Assembly: GCA_965214095.1 (NCBI GenBank)
Contig: OZ243938.1
Location: 1,440,001 to 1,504,000 of the forward strand
From: Candidatus Poribacteria bacterium
Lineage (GTDB): Bacteria > Poribacteria > WGA-4E > WGA-3G
Reading direction: 5' to 3'
DNA length: 64,000 nucleotides
Within the stretch, counting starts at the first letter, position 1, and every line of letters begins with the position of its first letter. This document shows, piece by piece, positions 41,445-52,069 of this stretch. The notes beneath the pieces are model-generated. The model worked only from the letters and a program-made list of their open reading frames with translations. It was not told the origin of the DNA and made no database searches. A program made the position numbers and the translations under genes.

Positions 41445-44048
41445 TCATGCCCAAGTCAATAACCCGAGTTCATAGATAGATTGTAAATCCTCATGTGATG
41501 GTAGAACCCGTAGTGTATAGCCATGCAAACCTGTCTGATCCAGAATGAGAGTTCCTTCAAACAGATATTTTCCACCACCCAAATCTTCTCGGTATTCCAT
41601 TTCAGTAACGCTGCCGTCCTGTATTTCACCCGCGGAATCCAACACGCCATGATATATTTGGACAGCGAGTTCATTGGGAAAAAGCGCGTCAGTATGAACG
41701 ACTGCTTGAATTGAAACTGACTCTCCGACCGAAAGAGAGGACACACTCTTTTGAGATATATCTACATCTGCTTTGCGAGTTCGTTCCTCAATACGTAAAT
41801 TACTCCAGTGCTTGCGGACGTTTGCTTTCCAATTTGCAAGTGCAATGCTGCGTCGTGAATCATCTTTATTCAATTTTGACCATCTTTGGTGTGCTGGAAA
41901 ATAGAGACGTTCTGCATATTCTGCGACCATCCGCTTTGTATTGAACACAGGTGCTAAGTTTTGCATTGCTGTCTTCATCTTTGTCACCCACCCGTAAGGA
42001 ATATCGTCCACCGGATCACGGTCATAAAAGAGCGGTACTACCTCTTTCTCAAGCAGTTCATAGATAGCGTTTGCATGTGCTTTGTCGGTAGATTTGGTAT
42101 CGTCTGATTCAGGAGTTGCTTCAATAGTCCACCCACCACCGAGATTTTCTGCTTCTGCCCACCATCCATCTGCCATACTAAGATTAAGCGCGCCGTTGGC
42201 TGCTGCCTTCATCCCGCTTGTGCCACTTGCTTCGTTTGGTGGCAGTGGTGTGTTTAGCCAAACATCAACACCTTCAACAAGGTATCTTCCTACACAGATG
42301 TCGTAATTCTCAATGAATAGGATTTTATGACGGAACTGTGGCTGTGATGCGATCTTATGTATATTCTGTATAAACACCTTACCTTCATAGTCGTGCGGAT
42401 GCGCTTTTCCTGCAAAGATGAGTTGCACGGGACGGTCTGGGTCATTGAGTATCTTTGCAAGTCGCTCAATATCGTTGAAAAGTAGTGTAGCGCGTTTATA
42501 GGTCGCAAATCTCCGAGCAAATCCGATAGTCAATGCAGCAGAATTTAGAATCGTAGTGCTAGCTTCTCTCGCTTGATCATCAGCATTCTGTTTACTTTGC
42601 CTTCTCAACCGCTTTTGGTTATTTCTGTTGCGTGCAAATGCGATCAAACGTTCGCGCCGACGTTCATGTGTTCGCCATAGTTCCGTGTCAGGTATTTGCG
42701 ATATCTGTGTCCAAACATCTTGGTTTGTGAGATCCACGATCCACTTCGGGCCGAGATACCGATCAAATAGACTCTGCATATCTTCTGATACCCAAGAACG
42801 TGTATGGATACCATTGGTTATCGCTTTGATGGGAACTTCATGCCCAGGAAGATTGTTCCATAAACCTTTCCACATGTCACGTGAAACGCGCCCGTGTAAT
42901 TGACTTACACCGTTTGACATTGTTGAGAGCCTTAACGCGACCAACGCTGGACTAAACTCACTGCTACTATCTGCGGGATTCTTCCTTCCTATTCCCAAAA
43001 ACTTCTCTTCTGAAATACCGAGTGTGCTGTAGTACCGATTGAAATAGTGTTTGACTAAATCTGGTGGAAACCAGTCAATTCCAGCGGGTACAGGTGTATG
43101 TGTTGTAAATATATTACCAGCTGAAGTTGCTTCGCGTGCCTCATCAAAACCGATGCCGGTTTCATCCATCAATTGACGTATCCGCTCCAATGCTAAGAAG
43201 GCAGCATGTCCCTCGTTCATGTGGCACACAGTTGGACGAATACCAAGTGCATCTAATGCTCGATACCCACCGATTCCAAGCAGAATTTCCTGCTTAATCC
43301 GCATACGTTCATCACCACCGTAAAGATAGTCAGTGATATCGCGCAAACCTGTGTTCTCATTTTCCGGTATATTCGTATCCAGCAAATATAAAGGGACACG
43401 TCCAATCTGTGCACGCCACACTTTAGCAAACGTTTTACCTTCAGGATAATCTACCTCAATTAGAAGCGGACTACCATCTGCTTTATGCTCAGGTTGGATT
43501 GGCATATTGTAGAAGTCATTCTCAGGATAATCCGCCATCTGCCATCCATCTGATGTAAGCGTTTGCCTAAAATAACCGTGCTGATATAACAAACCAACAG
43601 CAACAAACGGCAGTCCAAGATAGCTTGTGGATTTGAGATGGTCACCTGCTAAGACACCCAAACCACCAGAATAAAGCGGCATACATTCTGTTAGTCCAAA
43701 TTCCATGGAAAAATATGCAATTTGTAGATTATCAAGTGGTTTTTCGTTTGAATAGTCTTCAAACCAAGATGAAGCGGCAAGGTAGGATTTAAACTTTTTG
43801 TGGATTACATCCAGATGTGCTAAAAACACCTCGTTTTTCGCTGCTGCTTGCAACTGTTCCTGTGAAATCTTACCAAGCATTGCGACTGGGTTGTGATAGG
43901 TTTCTTCCCAAAGTTCTGAGTCGAGGTGGCGAAATAGACTAAGTGCTTCATTATCCCAAGTCCACCACAAGTTAAATGCTAACTCTCGTAGGGGTTCAAG
44001 GTTCTCAGGGAGTGTAGGCACAACAGATAATTGACGAATTGGCTTCAT
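41445..44048 (-). CDS. glgP: Alpha-glucan (glycogen) phosphorylase
   Basis: YFSMEFGL, YSGGLGVLAGD, FARRFATYKRA and EASGTSGMKAAANG motifs. Confidence 0.96.
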   Translation of the reverse strand: MKPIRQLSVVPTLPENLEPLRELAFNLWWTWDNEALSLFRHLDSELWEETYHNPVAMLGKISQEQLQAAAKNEVFLAHLDVIHKKFKSYLAASSWFEDYSNEKPLDNLQIAYFSMEFGLTECMPLYSGGLGVLAGDHLKSTSYLGLPFVAVGLLYQHGYFRQTLTSDGWQMADYPENDFYNMPIQPEHKADGSPLLIEVDYPEGKTFAKVWRAQIGRVPLYLLDTNIPENENTGLRDITDYLYGGDERMRIKQEILLGIGGYRALDALGIRPTVCHMNEGHAAFLALERIRQLMDETGIGFDEAREATSAGNIFTTHTPVPAGIDWFPPDLVKHYFNRYYSTLGISEEKFLGIGRKNPADSSSEFSPALVALRLSTMSNGVSQLHGRVSRDMWKGLWNNLPGHEVPIKAITNGIHTRSWVSEDMQSLFDRYLGPKWIVDLTNQDVWTQISQIPDTELWRTHERRRERLIAFARNRNNQKRLRRQSKQNADDQAREASTTILNSAALTIGFARRFATYKRATLLFNDIERLAKILNDPDRPVQLIFAGKAHPHDYEGKVFIQNIHKIASQPQFRHKILFIENYDICVGRYLVEGVDVWLNTPLPPNEASGTSGMKAAANGALNLSMADGWWAEAENLGGGWTIEATPESDDTKSTDKAHANAIYELLEKEVVPLFYDRDPVDDIPYGWVTKMKTAMQNLAPVFNTKRMVAEYAERLYFPAHQRWSKLNKDDSRRSIALANWKANVRKHWSNLRIEERTRKADVDISQKSVSSLSVGESVSIQAVVHTDALFPNELAVQIYHGVLDSAGEIQDGSVTEMEYREDLGGGKYLFEGTLILDQTGLHGYTLRVLPSHEDLQSIYELGLLTWA

Positions 44049-44284
44049 TCTACAGCATTCTCCCCATTATTTTCTGCTGCGGAAGAGTTATTCAACGTGA
44101 AATAGGTGGCTCTCTGTCGTTTTATGGTGTCTAACTTTCCTTCTCGTGCTAACCAACCGAGTCCGAGCAATATCATGCGGTCAGTATGTTTGAGTTCTTT
44201 CGTTAGCTTTCCGATAGATGCTTCACTGTTTTCTTCAAGATAGTGCCAAATTTCGCCAGCAGTAATTCCGATCTCTTCAAGCAT
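44045..44284 (-). CDS. Winged-helix protein (DUF2582-like)
   Basis: IGITAGEIWHYL...LGWLAREGKL. Confidence 0.85.
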   Translation of the reverse strand: MLEEIGITAGEIWHYLEENSEASIGKLTKELKHTDRMILLGLGWLAREGKLDTIKRQRATYFTLNNSSAAENNGENAVE

Positions 44285-44308
44285 ATTTCCCTCCGAAGTA
44301 TGTTGTTA

Positions 44309-44421
44309 TACCATTTCTAATAAAGGCTATACCAATAAAGAAATAGTTGGTTCGTAGTCGCGCAATGAATTGCGCCTCTTACATTATAAATGAAAAGAGA
44401 AAATCATTTTTAGAAATGGTA
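44309..44421. mobile_element. 113-bp MITE M3, TTA duplication, REP-C cargo
   Basis: 12-bp TIR TACCATTTCTAA/TTAGAAATGGTA; TTA on both flanks. Confidence 0.82.
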
Positions 44422-44572
44422 TTATATGTGTGATGTTATGACAGAATTATACTTTCGATTCGGATATGTGTCAAGAATTTAACCTGTAATGCAATCCAAA
44501 ACGTCTTGACACTTGGATATCATACATGGTATTTTAAGACATCCTAATTTCTTTACTTTGCGAGGTGAAATC

Positions 44573-46321
44573 TTGAGTATTGTTGTCCACGTCACGCACG
44601 AAGCCATTCAGAAGATAGGAGGTATCGGTGCAGTATTAGATGGTTTGTTGACTACACGCAGTTACAATGATGCAATTGAACGCACATTTCTCGTCGGTCC
44701 GCTATTTTCTGGTGCAGATTTGGGAGCATTTGAAGCAGTGATGTATCACGCAGCCGAAGGCATAAAATCAACACCTCACGCAGCAGCACTCCACGATATT
44801 GAAAAGACTTACCATGTTGAAATTGTTTACGGACAACGACGGTTTGAAAATAAAGACCAGAACGTTACTACACTCACAGATGTGATTTTGATTAATGTTG
44901 CTGACAGCAATGAAGACCTGACGGGTCAGTTCAAGTGGCAACTCTACGAACACTTCGGTATAGACTCAACTCGCTATGAAAGCGAATGGGAGTATGAGGA
45001 ATATGTGCGTCTTGCCGAACCTGCATACCAAGCACTGCAGGCGATTATCGGTGAAGAAACAGAAACGCCTATTTATATCATCTCACATGAATTTATGGGT
45101 ATGCCACTTGCACTTAAAACGCAGATTGAACGGAAAAATGGCAACGGTTCAGCAAATATGCGTACCGTTTTCTACGCACACGAAGTTGCAACGATACGAC
45201 CTATTGTTGAAGGACATCCGGGACATGATGTTCGTTTTTACAACGCGTTACAGCAGTCAAAAGAAAATGGAATGTTAATCCGGGATACATTCGGTGATCC
45301 GTTCTGGTATTTCAAACATGCGTTGATTGACAAAGCACATCTCTGCGATACCATCTTCGCTGTTGGTGATCTTGTCGTTGATGAACTCCGATTTTTGGCA
45401 CAACCATTTGAATCCTTCCCCATCAACCTTGTGTATAATGGAATTCCCGCTTTTGAAATGAGTTTAGAGGATAAATTAGAATCAAAAGCGAAACTGCAAA
45501 AGTATGCAAGAACACTGCTTGATTATCGTCCGGATTATGTCTTTACGCACGTAACCCGTCTTGTCAAAAGCAAAGGGCTGTGGCGGGACTTACAGGTGCT
45601 CACTCATTTAGATTCGTTGCTTGCATCTAATGATAAAACTGCTGTGTTGTTTATCCTCTCAACTGAAATTGCTACGGGACGACCTCATGAAAATATACAT
45701 GAGATGGAGCGCGAATATGGATGGCCTGTATTTCACAAAATCGGATACCCCGATTTGGTTGGTGCAGAGATTGAGTTGAACAACGGTGTTTCTGCATTCA
45801 ACCTTCAATCAAAGGCAATAAAGGTCGTCTTTGTCAATCAGTTTGGGTGGAGTCAAGCAGCTTGTGGAACTCGTATGCCGATGGATATGGAATTTATGGA
45901 CATCCGAAAAGGGAGTGATGCAGAATTTGGGCAGTCCATCTATGAGCCTTTTGGTATTGCACAGGTGGAGCCGTTGAGTTTCGGTGCTATCTGTGTTGTG
46001 AGTAATGTATGTGGTTGTTGCGGTTTTATTCAACGTGCTACGGACAATCGTGAAGTGCCAAATGTGGTTATTGCGGATTACACACACCTTAACTCTGCAC
46101 CGAGGTCATTAGAAGATGTGATGAATATAGGATTAACTGAAAGAACACAGATTGAGGTAGAAAACAGTCGGGACATTGCTGCGAAGCTGCTTGGTCGACT
46201 ACCACGAAAACCGCGCGATGTTGAGGATATTATAAAGGAAGGTTATGAAATTGCATCGCGTATGAGTTGGGAAGTTGTTGTTAAGGATTATTTCTTGCCT
46301 GGATTAAAACAGGCATTATAA
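44573..46321 (+). CDS. GT-B glycosyltransferase, probable GT3-like glycogen synthase
   Basis: HEAIQKIGGIGAV (KxGG), SHEFMG and SIYEPFGIAQVE (EX7E); divergent from glgP; TTG start with GAGGTG RBS. Confidence 0.7.
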   Translation: MSIVVHVTHEAIQKIGGIGAVLDGLLTTRSYNDAIERTFLVGPLFSGADLGAFEAVMYHAAEGIKSTPHAAALHDIEKTYHVEIVYGQRRFENKDQNVTTLTDVILINVADSNEDLTGQFKWQLYEHFGIDSTRYESEWEYEEYVRLAEPAYQALQAIIGEETETPIYIISHEFMGMPLALKTQIERKNGNGSANMRTVFYAHEVATIRPIVEGHPGHDVRFYNALQQSKENGMLIRDTFGDPFWYFKHALIDKAHLCDTIFAVGDLVVDELRFLAQPFESFPINLVYNGIPAFEMSLEDKLESKAKLQKYARTLLDYRPDYVFTHVTRLVKSKGLWRDLQVLTHLDSLLASNDKTAVLFILSTEIATGRPHENIHEMEREYGWPVFHKIGYPDLVGAEIELNNGVSAFNLQSKAIKVVFVNQFGWSQAACGTRMPMDMEFMDIRKGSDAEFGQSIYEPFGIAQVEPLSFGAICVVSNVCGCCGFIQRATDNREVPNVVIADYTHLNSAPRSLEDVMNIGLTERTQIEVENSRDIAAKLLGRLPRKPRDVEDIIKEGYEIASRMSWEVVVKDYFLPGLKQAL

Positions 46322-46357
46322 TGCCTCAATTTGTTTAACTATAAAGGAACTAAGTGT

Positions 46358-47218
46358 ATGCAAGAAATACGTGATTCTAATGATCCAATGCCATTGGCTC
46401 CAGGTGAGAAGTTGATGACGCCTGAACAAAAGTTCTTCTTTGATCTGCGTGGTTGGATTTTATTACCATCAGTCTTGTCGGAAGCGGAAATCGAAGAGAT
46501 GAAAACGGAAGTGTATGCAGGTGCCAGACATAGTTATGAAGGCACACTTCAGAATTTGCTTGATCATCCTGCTGTTGTTGGTATTCTAAACGAACTTGTT
46601 GCTGACGAACGTTTTATTTTTGATGATTGCTACGGCTTTCGTTGTGAGAATTCGTTTACTACGGTCAGGCAACCCGGGTGGAAAACCCCATCTGAAAGAG
46701 GCACTTCTGTGCCGCATGTCGTGAGACCACCACAGCAAGCAAATGCAGTACGGTATCAGGTAGCAGGTGGAAAGATATTCGCAGGACTTACACGTGTGGT
46801 ATGGGAACTTGAAGAAGTTAAAAGAGGTCAGGGAGGTACCACTTTTCTCACTGGTTCACATAAGGCACATTTCAACTACGGTGGACCAGATCCACACCGT
46901 CCGAATATCAGTGAATCCCCTTATGAGGATAAGATAAAGGATATGATGGAAGACTATAGTTGTCCACCTGGGTCAGCACTTGTGTTCACTGAAAGCCTTA
47001 TTCATGCCACCAACAACTGGACAAATCCTGATAATCCGAGATGTGCTGTGTTTAACTGTTACAATTCAATATGGGCGCAATGGTATCGGTTGAATCTAAG
47101 CCATGAAATAATAGAAAGAATGCCGACAAAACGCCAATCCTTATTCCGTGGAACTTGGGCAATAGGCGGTGGTCCCGGTGGAAACCGTCAGTATTCGTTG
47201 GATAATACCACCAAATAA
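46358..47218 (+). CDS. PhyH-like dioxygenase, tandem copy 1
   Basis: FFFDLRGW, GGTTFLTGSHK and PGSALVFTESLIH motifs. Confidence 0.82.
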   Translation: MQEIRDSNDPMPLAPGEKLMTPEQKFFFDLRGWILLPSVLSEAEIEEMKTEVYAGARHSYEGTLQNLLDHPAVVGILNELVADERFIFDDCYGFRCENSFTTVRQPGWKTPSERGTSVPHVVRPPQQANAVRYQVAGGKIFAGLTRVVWELEEVKRGQGGTTFLTGSHKAHFNYGGPDPHRPNISESPYEDKIKDMMEDYSCPPGSALVFTESLIHATNNWTNPDNPRCAVFNCYNSIWAQWYRLNLSHEIIERMPTKRQSLFRGTWAIGGGPGGNRQYSLDNTTK

Positions 47219-47243
47219 TTCTAATACCTTTAAGGAGATATCA

Positions 47244-48083
47244 ATGTCAAAAGAAACGTTAAATGATGTACCTGTGCCAATGACTGAAGAACAGAAGTTT
47301 TTCTTTGATTTACGCGGTTGGATTTTATTACCGTCAATATTGTCTGACTCAGAAATAGAAGAGATGAAAGCGGAAGTGTATGATGGTGCAAGACAAGGTT
47401 ATCATGGAGCACTGCAGAACTTGCTTGATCATCCTGCAATTGTAGGTGTACTGAATGAAATCCTATCCGAAAATCCTTTTGTACACGATGACAGTTATGG
47501 ATTTCGGTGTGAAGGATCCTTTACGACAGTGCGTGAACCTGGATGGAGTAAATCGTCACGAGGTGACAACGGTTTGCCACACGTTGTGCGACCACCACAA
47601 CAGGCAAATGCAATGCGGTATCAGGTAGCAGGTGGAAAGATATTTGCTGGATTGACACGTGTCGTATGGGAACTTGAGGAAGTGAAGGAAGGACAAGGCG
47701 GTACCTCTTTTCTTAGTGGGTCTCATAAGGCACATTTCAACTACGGTGGCCCCGACCCGTTTCGTCCGAATATCAGTGAATCGCCGTGGGAAGGTAGCAT
47801 GCGTGATATAATGGATGAATATAGTTGTCCACCCGGATCTGTGGTTATCTTCACGGAAAGCCTTGTGCATGCTGCGAATGATTGGAGTAATCCTGACAAT
47901 CCGAGATGCGCGGTTTTCAATTGCTATAACTCTATTTGGGCACAGTGGCATCGGTTGAACTTGAGTCATGAGGTTATTGAGACGATGCCACCAAGACGGC
48001 AATCGTTATTCCGTGGGACGTGGGCGATTGGCGGGGGTCCTGGTGGTAATCGTGTGTATTCGCTGGAGAATAATACGACGTGA
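47244..48083 (+). CDS. PhyH-like dioxygenase, tandem copy 2
   Basis: Highly similar to the upstream gene; AAGGAG RBS. Confidence 0.82.
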   Translation: MSKETLNDVPVPMTEEQKFFFDLRGWILLPSILSDSEIEEMKAEVYDGARQGYHGALQNLLDHPAIVGVLNEILSENPFVHDDSYGFRCEGSFTTVREPGWSKSSRGDNGLPHVVRPPQQANAMRYQVAGGKIFAGLTRVVWELEEVKEGQGGTSFLSGSHKAHFNYGGPDPFRPNISESPWEGSMRDIMDEYSCPPGSVVIFTESLVHAANDWSNPDNPRCAVFNCYNSIWAQWHRLNLSHEVIETMPPRRQSLFRGTWAIGGGPGGNRVYSLENNTT

Positions 48084-48276
48084 TTGTTGAAAAAAGTTAT
48101 TGTGGTTACCACTCCAACTGTTAAATAAAAATGCCAGAGTGTCTGGCTCTGGCAACCCAACATAGACATACTATCATGTAGAGGTCACGGTTGGCTGTCC
48201 CTATCTTTTCCAACGGAAAAGCACCGTCCATACGGCACGTATTCGGGCAAAGGTATTAACCTTATATGTGTGACTA

Positions 48277-49050
48277 TCACTTTCTACAAACCACTGACAA
48301 ACCACTGTCATTCATTGGATCGAACTCCCTAATTTCGCGTTTTTTGTAGAAATCAAAATCTGTAAATCCAGCCGTCACAATATTGTCCTTGAGTTCGTGT
48401 GGTCGTAGGTGCATATTAAAATATTCGCACTTGTAATGTATCTGCGTTTCCAAATCTATTCTAACCCAAACACATCTTTCCCCTCCACCCTTTTCGTCAT
48501 ATTCTGCCATTTCCAGAACATAGACGTTTTTCTGTATCTCATTCAAATTAACCATAGGAAATTGCTGTTTTCGTATATGAGGGTTTGAATGAACAAAATA
48601 CAACCTGCCATCTGGTGTAAGGTTATTGTGACTTTGCTTTAAGAGGATAAATGAACCACCCCTTGATTCATAGAAGAATGACCCCTCAAAGAAAATTACA
48701 GAAAACGGTTGTTCAAAGGCCATTTCATTATAATCCTCTAAGACATATTCAATCTCTAATCCTTCCTCTTGGGTGATTTTCTGTGCTTCAGATAGGAAAT
48801 GTGGGGACTTGTCCATTCCAACAACATGATAACCCCGTCTTGCAAATTCACGCGTATAACTCCCAATTCCGCAACCTGCATCCAAGATTCTATCATTTTT
48901 GGTAAGTTGTAGAACCTCTTCATAGAATGCAAAGTGCTTTCGGACAAAGTCGGGTGCTTCAAAATTGTGTCTGGCATGCTCAAGATACCATCTATCATAC
49001 ACCTCGTGTCCAAAATCTGTTCTAAGTAATTGACTGGGTAGACTATTCAT
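48277..49050 (-). CDS. Class I SAM-dependent methyltransferase
   Basis: ILDAGCGIG motif I, VVGMDKS. Confidence 0.9.
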   Translation of the reverse strand: MNSLPSQLLRTDFGHEVYDRWYLEHARHNFEAPDFVRKHFAFYEEVLQLTKNDRILDAGCGIGSYTREFARRGYHVVGMDKSPHFLSEAQKITQEEGLEIEYVLEDYNEMAFEQPFSVIFFEGSFFYESRGGSFILLKQSHNNLTPDGRLYFVHSNPHIRKQQFPMVNLNEIQKNVYVLEMAEYDEKGGGERCVWVRIDLETQIHYKCEYFNMHLRPHELKDNIVTAGFTDFDFYKKREIREFDPMNDSGLSVVCRK

Positions 49051-51094
49051 TTTTTCTCCTAACAGGCACTAAAACCTGTGCGCTTCTGGCAGGGAGATAA
49101 AGCTGAATGGATTGGGTATATCCTTCCATTTCAACATCTTGCCAAGGATAATGGATATTTTCTACAGCACCGTAACCACCAAATTTTGTATCATCGGAGT
49201 TGAGGATGATGCGATAATCTGTCTTTTCAGGGATAGGGATACGCCAATCCGTGGCAGATACGGTCGGATGCAAGTTGAATGCAAACACAAGTCCACCGCG
49301 AGTATATACAATCTGTTTCGCGTCCTCGTGAATAAACAACAACTGAATATCCTCATCTGAAAGCAAGTGATAATGTTTGTCAAGGTGCTGCATTGCAATA
49401 TCAAAAACATTTAGGGGTTTGTAATACAAAGTATCATCGTCAACAAGATGCCACTGCCTACGTGCATACCAATAGGAATTGTTGTTCCCCGCCCGCGGGA
49501 AGTCAATCCATTCGGGGTGTCCAAACTCATTTCCCATGAAGTTAAGATACCCTTCACCACCCAAACTAAACGTGAGTAAACGGATCAATTTGTGCAATGC
49601 AACGCCACGTGCAATCTTCAGACTTGGCGTAACAACACTCATATTTGTATAGAGTTCAGCATCCATGAGTTGCATAGCAAGTGTCTTGTCACCGACAATG
49701 CTCTGGTCGTGGCTTTCAACGTACGCGATATGTTTCTCACCTGCGCGACGATTGCGTAACATGCCGTAAATCTCACCGATGTGCCAATCTTCATCCTTTT
49801 TCTCCTTCAACAACCGAATCCAATAATCAGGAATCCCCATCGCTAAGCGATAATCAAAACCGAGTCCGCCTTCGTCAATAGGACGTGCAAGTCCTGGCAT
49901 TCCACTCATATCTTCAGCGATGGAAATGGCGTTCGGATTGACAGCATGGACGACCTCGTTTACCAACATCAGATAGGCAATTGCATCTAACTCAACGTTA
50001 GCATTGAAGTAATCAGAATAGCCTGTGAATTCCCGACCAAGTCCGTGATCATTGTAAAGCATGCTGGTGACACCATCAAATCTGAAACCATCAAACCTAT
50101 AGGTCTCCAACCAATAGCGGATATTGCTCAACAGAAATCGTTGCACTTCGTATTTGCTATAATCAAAACAGAGTGAGTCCCAAGCAATATGTTCCCCTTT
50201 TGTCCCCGCATGAAAATAGTGATGATCAGTGCCATCAAAGTGGTTCAAACCCTCGTTGATATTCTTTACAGCATGACTATGCACCAAATCCATGACGACC
50301 AACAAACCCATGCCGTGTGCAGTATCAACGAGTTCTTTTAAATCTTCTGGTGTTCCGAAACGACTTGATACTGCGAAGAAATTGCTAACGTGATATCCAA
50401 AGCTTGCATAATACGGGTGTTCCTTAATTGCCATGAGTTGGATTGTGTTGTATCCTAAATCAGCAATTCTTGGCAGCACATTTTGTGTGAACTCAGTGAA
50501 AGTTCCGACCTTTTCATCTTCTTGTGCCATACCAACATGTGCTTCGTAAATCCTTAGTCCTTCTGTGTTGATATCAAGTTGTGGAGATTTATGTTCCCAT
50601 TGATATGCCTTCAGTGGAGACCAATACTGTCCTGTAAACTCCGTTTCGGTTTCTTGAATAACACGTTGGATATAGGCGGGAATTCTATCATGTTCACCAA
50701 GTGCGGATTTGACATGCACTTTGACTCGGCTACCGTGTGTCAATCGGTCAGAATAGTCTTTATCAGGCAGGAAAAGATGCCATATCCCCCAGTCATCAAT
50801 GGACATAGGGTTAGCATCACGGTTCCAATCGTTGAAATCCCCTATGAGGGAGAGGGAATGTGCAGAGGGTGCCCATTCACGATACCAGACACCAGACTCA
50901 CCCTCTTTTTCACCACAATTGAAACCGAAATAACGGTGTCCTTGACTTATCTCACCTAAAACCCCACCGGTTTTCTCAATAATTGATTTAAAATGTAAAT
51001 ATTGTTTAAACCGTTCACGCAATTGGGAAACGTAAGGCTTTAGATACGGATCAAGTTCTATGAGACGTGTACCATCTGGTTGATGTTTGCCCAT
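49043..51094 (-). CDS. glgB: 1,4-alpha-glucan branching enzyme (GH13_8-like)
   Basis: YREWAP, RIYEAHVGMA, SFGYHV, DGFRFDGVTSMLY, AEDMSG, ESHDQ and YLNFMGNEFGHPEWIDFPR motifs. Confidence 0.95.
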   Translation of the reverse strand: MGKHQPDGTRLIELDPYLKPYVSQLRERFKQYLHFKSIIEKTGGVLGEISQGHRYFGFNCGEKEGESGVWYREWAPSAHSLSLIGDFNDWNRDANPMSIDDWGIWHLFLPDKDYSDRLTHGSRVKVHVKSALGEHDRIPAYIQRVIQETETEFTGQYWSPLKAYQWEHKSPQLDINTEGLRIYEAHVGMAQEDEKVGTFTEFTQNVLPRIADLGYNTIQLMAIKEHPYYASFGYHVSNFFAVSSRFGTPEDLKELVDTAHGMGLLVVMDLVHSHAVKNINEGLNHFDGTDHHYFHAGTKGEHIAWDSLCFDYSKYEVQRFLLSNIRYWLETYRFDGFRFDGVTSMLYNDHGLGREFTGYSDYFNANVELDAIAYLMLVNEVVHAVNPNAISIAEDMSGMPGLARPIDEGGLGFDYRLAMGIPDYWIRLLKEKKDEDWHIGEIYGMLRNRRAGEKHIAYVESHDQSIVGDKTLAMQLMDAELYTNMSVVTPSLKIARGVALHKLIRLLTFSLGGEGYLNFMGNEFGHPEWIDFPRAGNNNSYWYARRQWHLVDDDTLYYKPLNVFDIAMQHLDKHYHLLSDEDIQLLFIHEDAKQIVYTRGGLVFAFNLHPTVSATDWRIPIPEKTDYRIILNSDDTKFGGYGAVENIHYPWQDVEMEGYTQSIQLYLPARSAQVLVPVRRKNE

Positions 51095-51119
51095 AATGAG
51101 GGTGAAATACCGATACTAT

Positions 51120-51220
51120 TGGTTTGTCTACCTTTATTTTAAGGGTAATATGATCGTAGGGGCGAGGTCACCTCGCCCTCTTCCAAATCATATACCCGTA
51201 ATTTTAGAGTGGACATTCCA
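51120..51220. mobile_element. Intact 101-bp MITE M5 with REP-B hairpin; CTAT duplication
   Basis: CTAT on both flanks; GTAGGGGCGAGGTCACCTCGCCC at 51156. Confidence 0.82.
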
Positions 51221-51226
51221 CTATTC

Positions 51227-52069
51227 TTAGAAGGATGTAAACAACAGCTCTATTGCTTCGGTTCTCTCAGTCTTACTGAACGTTGAAAGTCTTTGGAATT
51301 CCTCATCGGTCAGTTCTTTAAAGAGACGATCGATTTTGGAGTACAATTCGGTGGTTCCCTCTGTCATGCCAGTATCTGCAGGAGAATCAAGGTCAACCGT
51401 ATACTCTTTACCATACATATCAATAATGTGAACCACACCGTGCTTTCCACCTTCTGGAAAATGAAACGATCCATCTGCCTCCATGACCCATTGGTCAGCT
51501 CCTATTATCCCAGAAGTTTGGATTCCAAAGGCATGAGCTGGTAGTTTCGGATTTGGACCTAGAGGTATATCTGCAATCTTTTCAATGTATGTCTCAACAC
51601 TGTTTTTTACCAGTCTTTTATTGAGTGATTCAAGATGCTGGATCATCAGTTTCCTACTATCTGCTGGCATATCCACTAATTTGGTTTTTGCAATCAGTGC
51701 CAGGAGTCCGAAGTGTCGTTGATAAGGTTTGACATCTGTATCAGCAGGGAATGATTCCTGTCCCATTAAGTACATTTCAGGGTTGTTACGATATAAAGTC
51801 ATTGTATGTGCTTCTAACGCCAATTGTTCACGCTGCGGCAGTCTATATTTTTTCGCAACATCAGGTGAGACGTTCATAAGTGATTCAGCAAGTTCTGAAT
51901 ATTCTTTTTGCTGCGCTGGTGTGAGTTTTCCTGAATAGGTATATATTGGCGCAAATACTTCACGTGTTTTGGCAAAGTTCTTTTGACGTTGGGTGTGAAC
52001 ATAAAACACGCCAATGCCTATTATAATTACAGCCGAAAGTATTGTATAGTATAACCTTTTTTTATTCAT
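51227..52069 (-). CDS. Hypothetical protein with N-terminal membrane anchor
   Basis: Long ORF with a KKR plus hydrophobic N-terminus. Confidence 0.7.
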   Translation of the reverse strand: MNKKRLYYTILSAVIIIGIGVFYVHTQRQKNFAKTREVFAPIYTYSGKLTPAQQKEYSELAESLMNVSPDVAKKYRLPQREQLALEAHTMTLYRNNPEMYLMGQESFPADTDVKPYQRHFGLLALIAKTKLVDMPADSRKLMIQHLESLNKRLVKNSVETYIEKIADIPLGPNPKLPAHAFGIQTSGIIGADQWVMEADGSFHFPEGGKHGVVHIIDMYGKEYTVDLDSPADTGMTEGTTELYSKIDRLFKELTDEEFQRLSTFSKTERTEAIELLFTSF

